Shown here one piece after another: positions 12,910-23,112 of a stretch of DNA of 33,000 nt. The notes below the pieces were generated by a model. The model saw only the letters and a list, made by a program, of their open reading frames with translations, searched no databases and was not told the DNA's origin. The DNA is taken from the NCBI GenBank assembly GCA_011109175.1, contig RDEW01000106.1, forward strand, positions 31,001 to 64,000, given 5' to 3'. How positions within the stretch are numbered: position 1 is the first letter of the stretch; each line of letters opens with the position of its first letter. The stretch is from Dicyema japonicum (lineage: Eukaryota; Animalia; Dicyemida). Made by a program: the position numbers and the translations under genes.

Positions 12910-13340
12910 CGTGGTTAGAAAAAGGACGAGATTTCTATTTCATAGAGAAGAATGATTTGTGAGATAAAATACATCAAGATGACTTTGAAAGAATTATTCC
13001 ATATTTGTGAATAATTTCGACACTTTCATAAATCCTAAAAATTGTAAAACTATGATTAACAAGTAGATACACCCAGTGGTAAACAATAATTCACAGATTT
13101 CAAGGATGAATGCAATCAATGGTTTGATTACTGAAGATATCATCATTTCAAAAGCTAAGGTATTTGGTGAAAACCTTGAAATAAACGATCACGAATTTAG
13201 AAAAGGTTACGCAGATATAAGGGGACTTAATCCTAAACTAAAACTTCCTCATGGAGAAGCTAACAATTAATTTGAATGGACAAATATGATTAAGTTAAAA
13301 GTCGACCCTGACGTATTTGCTAACATGGATGAATTGGAAT
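12910..13340 (+). mobile_element. pogo/Tigger (CENP-B-like) transposase remnant
   Basis: psq-like RKRTR..ICEIK..MTLKEL, then LITEDIIISKAKVFGENLEINDHEF (Tc5/CENP-B HTH), KLPHGEA and DVFANMDE (N-x-D-E motif of the first catalytic Asp). Confidence 0.7.
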
Positions 13341-13589
13341 CTCCACATATGAGGTTTCATTTTCATTCAAAAGTCCTAAAAAATGTTCGGCAACAATCTC
13401 AATTTTTCTCTATTATGTGACATGAGCAGTCCGCTACATTTTTGACCTTGAAAAGGTCTTTTGATTATCCGACATTTAATTTTTTATATTCGATCTTATC
13501 ATGTTAGATTATTTTTTATTCATAAACGTTATGATTATAAAGATTTATTTTTTATAGCGGCTAACCTTAATTTCTAGCGTGGAAGATTA

Positions 13590-14670
13590 TTTTGTCGCAA
13601 TGGGTTCTTTCAAGTGTTTTGTGAAAGACAGCGTGGAAATTTTAAAAGATGCTTTGAATAATAAATTTCCCGAAAATCTTCCGAGGCACAGAAAATATAG
13701 GCTTGTTAAGAAGATAGAGGATTTTTTTACTATCAGTGATGGATTTGTTCAATAAATGTACAGACTGTATCTTAGATGCAGTGATCTCAAGTTAGTCATA
13801 TCCCTGGATAATGAAACCGAAATGGAGTTCGTGGCGAAATCAATACACGAGATTTCACACGGGGGAGTAAATAAAATTGAGCATCAATGTCGGCAAAATA
13901 ACTTCACTGTCCAGAATGAGATTTTCGAAAAAGTCATTCGAAATTGTGAAATTTGCAAATTTTCGCGTCCTTTAAAGTTTTAGATTTCATAAATTGGAGA
14001 TATAAATCACCACGTGTTCGCTTTTTGTCAAATGAACGTTTTAGAGTGATCTTATAGATGTAAAAAAGATATTCAACAGTGAATAAAAAATTCAAACGGA
14101 TTTTAACGGTAATTGCCATATATATCGTAGTTTCGTTTTTTAAACCAATTTTTATAGACTCGCATTTGTCTGACCACGCTCTAATAAGTCTGGAAAAGCT
14201 TCAGTCAGACAATGACTCTAAATTCATAAATCAAGAAATAACAAAACTTTACACTGACTTCAACATCAAGCGAATTCACGGAAGGTCTAACAATCCCTGT
14301 CGAAAGATTCAATCAAACGATAACGAGGCATTGGCTGTGTTTTTTACGTTGCTATGACTTTTTCCAGGATAAATTTCATTTAAAATTTTTAAAAATCAAA
14401 ATAAAGATGGAATCTAATAACTACTTAAGAATAAACTGCGAAAGAAAAGAAGATGGAAAAATGATGAAGAATCGTTGAATGTAAGAGACAGAGTCATTCT
14501 ACGAATGGACTGTGATTACAATCAAACAAAAAAAAGGTTCATTATATGAGCACTTGGACACTACAGTTTATCTAGTATTGGATATTCAAGGAACTATGGT
14601 CCACGTGGATGGTGGCAACTCTGAAATAATGATAGTCCACCATAGGCGAGTATAAGATTATTTTAAATGA
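13590..14670 (+). mobile_element. Ginger-like / retroviral-type (rve) integrase transposase remnant
   Basis: HEISHGGVNK..VIRNCEIC (HHCC zinc motif), KLQSDNDSKFINQEI..IKRIHGRSNNP (DDE core) and LNVRDRVILRMDCDYN (C-terminal block). No RT or protease is seen next to it. Confidence 0.75.
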
Positions 14671-14925
14671 CTTTCCATTCAAGAAATATTTTTTAATTTT
14701 TTGCCATAACGTGGAGATTAGATTTAGTTGTTGATTAGGAATGAGATTAGGTATTGATTATGGTTGATGTTGAAAATTGCTTTATGGATAAGATCACAAT
14801 TATGTATTTTTAGGAAAGGAATTTGAATTCGTCAAAGTTATGGTTAAATTAGAATTAGATATGGATGGTTAAGGGATAGGTTTTATGATATTTTTAAATT
14901 TAAGAATAAAACTTACGGTTAAAAG

Positions 14926-15022
14926 TTAGGGTTTATATTTAGGGTTATGGATTTGGGTTAGGGTTAGGGATTACGGTTAGGGATTTCAGTTAGGGGTTAG
15001 GGTTCTTGATTAGGGATAGGGT
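14926..15022 (+). repeat. Degenerate interstitial telomere-like (TTAGGG)n tract
   Basis: Eight exact TTAGGG units between 14926 and 15015 with variant units between them. More decayed TTAG/TTATGG-rich sequence extends back to ~14710. Confidence 0.8.
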
Positions 15023-16809
15023 GTAAGTGTTATGTTCGAGTAGGAATTTTAACAGTATGGAACATATGTTAGTTAGTAAGGGAAAGGGCTAAAAAAAGAA
15101 TAATTTTTTAATATTAAAAGTTAATTTTCGCTTAGTTTTTTATATTTAAATGTTTAATAGATTTTCGACATTAATTGTATTGAATTGTTTCAGGTTGTTA
15201 TAATTTTATTTTTTGCATTAATAATTAAGGCTAGACATCCAACGGATTTGAAAAAATTGGTATATTTAACTAAATAAAATAATTAGAGTCAGGAAAAATG
15301 TTATAACAATGCAAAAAAATCGATAGAGTTCCACGTACGGACTATTACATTTTTTATTTTAGTTATAGACAATTGGGATGCATGTCCAAAACAGTTTTAA
15401 AAAGGTTCTTTTCCATTTGTGAGGGAATAATTTAATTTGTAATAGGAGCATGGGTGTGTACTATGGATGACTTTTGAGAAACTGGTCCACAAGATATGGA
15501 AACCAGTCTGCAGCAATCATATCCTTTATATTTGTTCTGTTGAAGGTTAGAACCCACCTCAACCGATGCTAATAAGCCTTGCAGGGCCTTCTTCCTCTTT
15601 TGAAGTGATTGTCATATAATTGAGGGGTAATTCTCTTGTACGTTCTCAGAGTTCTACTGGTACAGGGCACTTCACGTAGCTCACCTTGTGTCCATCACTT
15701 CCAAGTTGACGCACTTTTCTTTTTGAATAGCAAGCCTTTCGTATTGAGTACATCTTGGAATCTCAAAACTAATGCCCATGTTCGACGGGCCTTGCTTTTT
15801 TGTTTTGGGAGTATGGTTGATGAAAATATCAGTGAAATTGCCAAACAGCTACTCAAGTGGTGGATGATAGTTTTTTTATGGACTCCTTTTTGATTTATAC
15901 GATTAATAGAACAAAGATTGTTTCATCTTGTGGAATGGTCGGTGTAATTTTGTATAAAAGTTCTAACTATACACAATTGTGTCCACAGATATTACATGGA
16001 TATTTGAAAGTGATCCAAGGATTGTTTCAAAAGCACCTTTACGCCGGGGTTGTAGCGACTAAACCTGAACTTGCAGAAATTGAATAACATATGCATGATC
16101 TCAACGACCAGAAACCCATGGCCCATAAAAACGGGGAGACAAGTGACCCATCTAACTTTTTTGTATTCTTAAAAATCATGCTAGGAGGACGTGTAGTCAA
16201 ATTAAAAAAAATTTCTTTGAAAGGGCTAACGACAGCTCACCCTCTTGCCTATTGAAGTAATAGTTTGAGCTCCTCCAAGAATCCTTTTTTCTATTAGGCA
16301 TTACGTACATAAAAAATGAAAAAGCAAAGTTACAGTCAATGTCACTGATTTGGTAACAAGATATGGATGTTACAAACATGGGGGATTGATGAATCTTGTT
16401 ATTTCAGGCTATAACCACCTGGTCTTGAATGGGTACCTTTAGCTTTCTAAAATGCCTGAAACTAATTTGTTTAATAGTTTTTTTATATAGAAATCACTTG
16501 TGGGTTTGTGTGATGCATGGCAGACAAGGAAGATAGAGAGCCCGCTCCACGAGTTCCCAAATTGGGGGAACACTCTCTTACTTTGTTAGATACAATCTGT
16601 AAACTTTACTGTCAAATTCCATTGGACATCTTTGAAAGAGATCTTCTAGTCATCTATAAGGTAGAAAGGACACAGCGACGAGGCTGATTGTCTATATCTG
16701 TCAAATAGTCTTTAAATCATTATGTGGACACGAACTCCCAACGTATGGAAGTTTCCTCTTCACATCAAATTAGTAAATTTCTCGAGGCTTTTTTCCATTC
16801 ATGCACACG

Positions 16810-16910
16810 TGGGAACTCCCAGTGGAGTAGGGGAGAGAAAATGATCCCTTTACATACATCCCTGGGATTGGGCACCACTTGAGACAGATGGGTCACATGA
16901 CGCCACTCTT
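16810..16910. repeat. ~90-100 bp dispersed repeat module, copy A
   Basis: CCAGTGGAGT..AGAGAAAATG.TCC..AGACAG.TGG.TCACATGACGC.ACTCT is shared, in the same orientation, with 27905-28003. Confidence 0.75.
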
Positions 16911-16914
16911 TTGA

Positions 16915-17290
16915 AAAGGGGTTGCCTCTCATGAACCCTATGGAGACCAACTGGATAAACCAGCGTGTTTCGGAGTCGTCGTGGATTCTGAGAAAGGCAT
17001 ACGTTTGAGTTTCTTGATGATTATTGCTCCAGCTATTCCAACAGCGGAAAGTATATCTGTCGAGGAGTCTTCTATACTTATTTTCTAAGCTCCCATTGCT
17101 TTCACGTCAGTAGAACGTGCCTTTGCTGGGCTCCCGATAGGATATGGAGGGACAGAGTCGACACATGCTGTACACAAACAAACCGTTTCCCTCCTCAAAT
17201 GGAAAGATTATTACTTCGTCCAGTCGCTTTCCATTTCCCCTGTCCAGAGAAGCAGAATCCACTATGGAAGCGTGTCCAACAGAGTCTAAT
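16915..17290 (-). mobile_element. Decayed CRE-like RLE / 3' fragment
   Basis: SLDRGNGKRLDEVIIFPFEEG, KYRRLLDRYTF and ETRWFIQLVSIGFMRGN match RLE-end motifs (DGKRPDG..FPF, KY..L..Y.F, QR.S.A..RGN). Confidence 0.75.
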
Positions 17291-17321
17291 GTGCGTTTCA
17301 CGACATCATTCGAGTTAGTGT

Positions 17322-17497
17322 GATGCGGGAACTGGATAGTCTAGAAAGGACCTACACACAAGAAAAAGAAGTGAAGATCATTCCTTGGTTCTACGATTAA
17401 TTAAAATTAACTGTTCTTTACTTAAATAAACTGTGTGTCCTGCCTATGCGGAGCTATAAATACTATAGATCTCGTGAAAAGTCTTTTATTATTAAAT
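17322..17497 (+). mobile_element. tRNA-derived SINE, 5'-truncated copy
   Basis: Near-identical reverse complement of 31040-31208, including the TTTATTATT tail. Confidence 0.85.
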
Positions 17498-17504
17498 GAG
17501 TTCT

Positions 17505-17650
17505 TTGTCGACGGCAACGTTGCTCTTTTTCGAAGATGCCCAAGAGAAGTCGTAGTTGTTTTCTGTGGAAAAAGTTGAGGTTCTTTGGCGGTTAGGCTCA
17601 AGGTCCTCTCGTTATAAAGTAGAATTGACTCAATAAAGGAGTTGTACAAA
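17505..17650 (-). mobile_element. RTE-like LINE RT C-terminal fragment
   Basis: YNSFIESILLYN..(ETW)SLTAKE / FHRKQLRLLLGIF across a frameshift is a typical RTE motif. Confidence 0.7.
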
Positions 17651-17769
17651 AATAATAAAATTGTCTCATTTTTTTCTAAGATGTCCTAATTGTACTATTT
17701 TGTTTTTAAAATGTCCTAAAAATGTCCTATTATTTCCGCCCTAGTTATTAATTTTGTTGGTGAAGCCTT

Positions 17770-18300
17770 TTGAAAAAAGAAAATCAGTTTTTACAGATCG
17801 TACTCGAAAAAAGAGAATTGAAATAAGAAATGCCCGATCGAATGAAACTATGGAGCAACATAGTGATCGTTTAATGCAATTGAGGATACATTCACAACAA
17901 ATGCGGGCTGAAGAATCAGCAGAATAGCAGAAACTTCGTTTAACGAATTGAAGAGACATGAACAACACATGCGAGCTGAAGAATCAGCAGAACAGCATAG
18001 CAGTCTGTTGACTGAATTGAGAACACATCCACAACAAATGGGGGCTGAAGAATCGGCAGAACAGAATAGCAGTTAGTTAACTTAATTGAGAACACAAACC
18101 AAACAAATGCGGGCTGAAGAGTTAGTTTTTGCGTTTAAATAAAATTTGGTTTTCAAAAAAAGAATCAGCAGAACATCAAAAACATCTCTAACCGAATTGA
18201 GGACACGAACAACAAATTCGAGCTGAAGAATCAGCAAAACATCATAGCAGTCGGTTAACTGATTTGAGAACACATGCCCAACAAGTCCGGGCTGTGGAAG
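17770..18300 (+). repeat. 69-bp (23-codon) tandem coding repeat, STPR-like; probable Helitron N-terminal remnant
   Basis: GAAGAATC anchors at 17910, 17978, 18047 and 18116 give spacings of 68, 69 and 69; about 7 units in all. The consensus peptide is ~EESAEQHSSRLTELRTHAQQMRA, preceded by KKRKS..RNARSNETMEQ. Stops and indels are present. Confidence 0.65.
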
Positions 18301-19149
18301 TCCCAAAAGAGACTCAGCGTCTTTTGTAAAATAATAGATGCTCGCGACAGGCCCTCCACAGGAGCTAGAGCATGTGCACGCGGAGCGATTGCCTCATTTG
18401 TCAGGAACTACCAAAAATGCCTCATTTGTCAGGAAACTCCGAACCAAAATAAAAAATCAAAATTGGAACGACATTTAAAACAAAGCATGCGAATTTTGCA
18501 AAAAAATCCAATTGGCGACTCACGAATGAATGCTGTGTAAGAACTTGCAAAAAATATTCAGATTGAGAGTTCAGTTAAGAGATCGCAAAAAAGGGGAAAA
18601 TTATTTCACGATTTTTCAAATAAGACAGAAATCGTGAATAAAATGAAGAATATAAGTTGCTTTTCTGTTTAATGAACTCGACTTTTTTCATTTTTAATGC
18701 TTTCATTAAAAAATAATGAATAAATTTGTCAAAATTTTAAAATCAATTTAATAAATTTTTTAAGAATAATCAAGATTATTTATTTAATTTTTTCATAAAA
18801 TGAGTTATTAACGATTTTCACTTTTTTAATTTCTAATAAAGTATTACCAGAATTCCGAGAATTGATAATCCACTATTTCCGTATTTTAAAAGTATTTTTA
18901 AAGTTCTTCAATATGATTTATCGCGTCTGCATACCCAATTTCCTTTAATTTTTTTAAAGTTCATTGTTATCTTCATCTCTTCAGAGCTTTTACAGCTTGA
19001 CTCTTAGATTTTTTCCAAGAATTCTACATAATTAAACAAATTTTTATCGATTGTAGAAAAGTTATTGAAATCATATTTATTTTTGAAGTTGAAGTTATCT
19101 AGGGTTTTATTCGCAATAAATTCAATTGATACATAACACTCTAAGAACA

Positions 19150-19550
19150 ACAACTAGAGACAACATTCAGACGTCTGGAGATGCTAGACGCACATACTTC
19201 CCTATTCCTGCTGAGAACGCCTTTATCAGTACAGAAACTGAACTACGTTCTTCGGGGGGCACCCTGCTACCTGAAAATACAACAGCTCGATGCTATAGAT
19301 TCCCTCTTCCGGACCACTATTGAACGTACTACCAATGTGAAATTTGACGACCGTGGTGGGACTAAGCAACCCTACCCGTTAGCTTGAGTGGACTGAGAAT
19401 CCCTTCACCAAAAATCTGGCTTGCCCCGAGTATCTGTCCTATTTAGGCTCCAGCCGACTGCTTATCAGGATGATTCTCCTACTTCAAACAGAATCATCTG
19501 AAATCACAGATATGGAGCATTTGAAAGGGATGATGTCTGAGCAGAAGAAA
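19150..19550 (+). mobile_element. CRE-like RT thumb fragment
   Basis: LDAHTSLFLLR..VQKLNYVLRGAPCY..TNVKFDD..ATLPVSLSGLRI is homologous to LDSHTSFFLMR..LPKLLYLLRCSPCY in the 31385-32010 segment. Confidence 0.8.
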
Positions 19551-19629
19551 TGTTTCCATAAAACTTAGTTTTTGACATTAATGGTTCACAGTCTATAATG
19601 ATTATGCAATTTAAGTGAGATAGAGATTG

Positions 19630-20075
19630 TAGATAATTTTTTTGCTAACAGTTAGAAATAATTTCAGCATACATTACTCCATGCATCTGAGATTATTGTT
19701 ACCACTTATCACAAGAGGTAGATTCTCCTGACAATGCTATGAATTTTAATTGATGCCTCTCTTTGAAAGGGAAGAACCTTGAGATACTTCATAGGCAAGG
19801 GGTCTCTTGATTAGTTAGTCTTGACGTTCCCTTCTTTGTGTTAAATAATGACCATTCAAAATGCACTGAATTGACGGCGATGTAAGAAATCATTAGATAT
19901 GAATAAAGGAATCCTCTTTCGATAAACGGTAGAATATTTTTTATTCGAAAAATAGTTCCCTTGTTTGCATTGTAAATGATAGATAAACTCCTTTCAGAAT
20001 GTTCCTTTTTTAAGATATGATCTGCAATCTTCAATTTTGTTTCATGATTCAAACGCACCACAATCAACAAAAAAA
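19630..20075 (-). mobile_element. pogo/Tigger transposase remnant, internally deleted
   Basis: RLNHETKLKIADHI..SERSLSIIYNANKGTIFRIK (psq HTH), FKERHQLKFIALSGESTSCD and IISDAWSNV..IISNC. Confidence 0.75.
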
Positions 20076-20248
20076 ATTTGAATGAATCGTGACTTTTAAA
20101 ATATTTATTTTTAAAATCGGTTAAATAAAATCATATAATTATTTTAAATAATAAAAAAGTAATGCCCCAACTCGAGGTGCTAAATTTAATCGACTTGCCA
20201 GACATTTGGTATAAAATTTATAGATCGCCCCAAAACGGAGTTTTCCCC

Positions 20249-20860
20249 GGTTCTAGGTAAATTCATCGCGGTAAATTATCGCCGTAATTTCATCGCTGGT
20301 AAATTCATCGCTGGTAAATTCATCGCCGGTAAATTCAAGCGACCACGTGGGTTCTTCAAAAAGAGGTCGAAATTTTGATTTTTATATTATCATTAAAATG
20401 TAATTTTGGAGATTAATTTGACGATATGAGTCACGTGGCCAGATCCCAAGATAGAAGAAATTTGAAAACCTCAATTCTCCAAATAGTGTTAGATTTACTC
20501 AACGATGTGCACCACACGTGTGTGTATTGGTTAAAGTGATAGAAAATTATTGATTATCTTACTGATTATTGATTAATAACAAAGGTCAAACTTTAGAAAA
20601 AATAGGTCCCCTCTCTTCAGTTTTCATAGTCCTACCGTCACGGATACATGATTCATATCGCCGAATAATCTCCAAAATCGCAATTTAACTATAATATAAA
20701 AAATCAAATTTCGACCTCTTCTATTTAGACACCAGCCCACGTGGTTCTTTGATTCAACTGGGATGAATTTACCTCGCGATGAATTTACCTAGCGATGAAT
20801 TTACCGGCGATGATAATTTACCTTGCGATGAATTTACCGGCGATGAATTTACCGGTTACC
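20249..20860. mobile_element. Non-autonomous foldback MITE with ~200-bp imperfect TIRs and 9-bp TSD (Mutator/Phantom-like)
   Basis: GTTTTCCCC lies directly on both sides (20240-20248 and 20861-20869). Each arm has ~6 units of GGTAAATTCATCGC(C/T) in inverted orientation, and inverted similarity continues to ~20440 and ~20640. Confidence 0.85.
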
Positions 20861-21159
20861 GTTTTCCCCAAAAAGAGATGCCCTACCTCGGAGGTGCCCT
20901 GAATATAGGTCGACTGTATAAAGTCATTGCTTATGTACAACTCGGTACACGGGGGTCACCGAGCTTCTATTTCTAACAAAATCAAAAGGCTCATGTCTTT
21001 ATAATCACCCATGGGGTTAAATTTAATGAGTAAAAGAGAGATGGGAACTTTAGAGAAACACAATTGTCATATGGAAAAAAAAATTCGAAACGTGGCACCT
21101 TAGTTAATATAACGTTTTTTTGGTTTTGTGAAAGTGCTTTTTAATAATAAAGTATGACC

Positions 21160-21830
21160 TCCGTTTGGGACAGACCTCTGGCTTGGGGAACCTCTATTTT
21201 TGTGGAAACCTGTGTTTTTGGGGTAGTTTGAAAATGGCATAATTTTTATGCGGCACTTTCCAATTTGAAAATTATCGGAACCTCTAAGTGGGGCACTGGA
21301 TTTTTAATTTATGTACATATTTGCCATTAATATTAAAATTAATTATTTGAATCTTCGTGTAATTATTGCATTCTTGTGGTTATGGCTCGTAAGCTTAGTC
21401 TTGAGGATTAAAATTGCTAAGGAAAAAGTGAAAATGAACATATTACTGAACGAGATATTGTAAATAAATACAAAATTAGTAAAGGTTGTTTAATAATTTC
21501 AGTTTTTAATCACTGTATCACGGATAAAAAATTATCTCAATTTTTTAATACAGGAACTGTTTAAACAGATTTTCCAGAAAAAAGTCAATGCTCTCCTAAT
21601 ACTTCATCTCAAAAATTGAATAAAATTGTTTTTGAGGTTTTACCAAGACAAGGAAGAAAAGGTCACGATTCTTTTCTCAATCAGTGCTTGTGGGGAAAAA
21701 TTGAATCCGTTTTTAGTGGGGGAAATTTAAATCTCTATAGTGTATGAAAAACTTTAACCCTAAGAACATGGAGTTTTCTATTCATCATCCAAAAATTCTT
21801 GGATGACATCAGAATTATTTATTACTTGGC
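21160..21830 (+). mobile_element. pogo/Tigger transposase remnant with subterminal motifs
   Basis: MARKLSLED..ITERDIVNKYKISKG (psq HTH), EVLP and SACGEKLNPFLVG..SKNSWMTSELFITW (DDE_1). The AACCTCTATTTTTG-type motif at ~21190 recurs at ~22467. Confidence 0.8.
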
Positions 21831-21869
21831 ACACCATTACAAATGAACAATTGATTAAGCGATCGATTC

Positions 21870-21960
21870 CATAAACGACTCAAAATTCCAGCGTTGCAGG
21901 CGCAGGGAACCAGACGTCTCAACGGCGAGTGGAACAAACAAAAAATCCTTGTGTAGGCTT
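21870..21960 (-). mobile_element. Short CRE-like RLE 3' fragment
   Basis: FVPLAVETSGS motif on the minus strand. Confidence 0.55.
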
Positions 21961-22020
21961 TCTCAGCGCAGAACACGCTCAATATAAGACACGCTTTTTT
22001 CCCGTTTCATCTTCTCGGCC

Positions 22021-22225
22021 ATATTATTATTATAAGCACTTATCGCTATGTCATAGGACTTGACAAAGCATGTGCAACACGAGTTAGCAAATCACTGGTT
22101 AGTTTCATCCACTTCCTTCTATTCAAAGCCGCAGTGCGCAACCAGTCAAGATCCTCTCCACTTCCAAGATGTTGTCCCATTTCTTTGAGGTCCTCGTCGA
22201 GAACGACTGCCAGTGTCGTCCTTGG
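22021..22225 (-). mobile_element. 5'-truncated RTE-X-like LINE 3' end with (TAA)n tail and 11-bp TSD
   Basis: PRTTLAVVLDEDL..LGSGEDLDWLRTAALNRRKW, a TTATAATAATAAT tail, and TCTTCTCGGCC at 22010-22020 and 22226-22236. Confidence 0.8.
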
Positions 22226-23112
22226 TCTTCTCGGCCTTCTCAGCGGCAAAACACGCTCAATATAAGACAGATTATTTTCGTGTATTAGAATAAAAAATAA
22301 AATAACAGATATTTTAGTGTAATAGAATAAAAAAATTTTTTCTGTTTTAAAAAAATACATTAGTTATAGAATTAATGGAAAACATGCTTTAATGTTCATA
22401 AAAATACTTATTGATAAAATTAATGGAAAATACGTTAAAACTGTTAAAGTTTTTATAAAAATGTCGGACCTCTATTTTTGGGGAAACCTCTGTTTTTGTG
22501 GCAATTTTTTTAAAATGGATGCCCCAAATGGAGGTTATACTGTAATATGGAATATTTATCAAATAAGTTGTTTTTGCTAGATTCCATGAGGCACAACCAC
22601 AGCTAACGATTGGCCCAAATAGTGAGTACATAGAGAATCTAATGTTGAACATGAGCTACCGTATTGCTGAGAATCATCACTTAATTAGAAATGAAATTAT
22701 TCCAAAGACTGAGAGTAAAACCAAACTAACTAATATCGTTGTCCTGACGAGTACCGGTAGAACCCTCATCAAGGAACAGTGATCCAGAGTACATTAACCT
22801 GCAAGTTCAGACTCGTCCCCATGAACAAAATAGTTTCCCGGTTGAATGAAGAGATGGATCCAAATGACATTTTATATTTCCTGAGTTAGGCGGACTCGAT
22901 GACGTCACTAGATGGAAGGAAGAGAAATATTCAATCAAGTAACCACATGGCGTGACGTAAGCTTTAATTTTTTTAATCTGAAATAAACTTAATATGATTT
23001 TTAATAAAAAAATTATTAGAATTTGAATATTTAATAAATTAAGATTAATTTAAAATTAATTTTTTGAAATTTGAAAAAAATAGAAAGAAATAAAATTTAA
23101 ATAATATAACAA

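Noticed and set aside
15360-16450. Several 60-85 aa ORFs, including a minus-strand KYPCNICG
   Set aside because: There are no consistent domain motifs or splice-supported joins; probably very old TE debris.
20255-20860. 15-bp repeat arrays (and the 69-bp array at 17770-18300) as CRISPR
   Set aside because: The units are contiguous with no unique spacers, the context is eukaryotic, and no cas genes are present.
20779-20976. ORF MNLPSDEFTGDD.. as a repeat protein
   Set aside because: It is simply a translation of the MITE's 15-bp subterminal repeats.
22744-22763. CTGACGAG-TACCGGTA-GAAC as a minimal hammerhead
   Set aside because: Stem II has no loop, the conserved CGAAA is missing, and no flanking stems were found.
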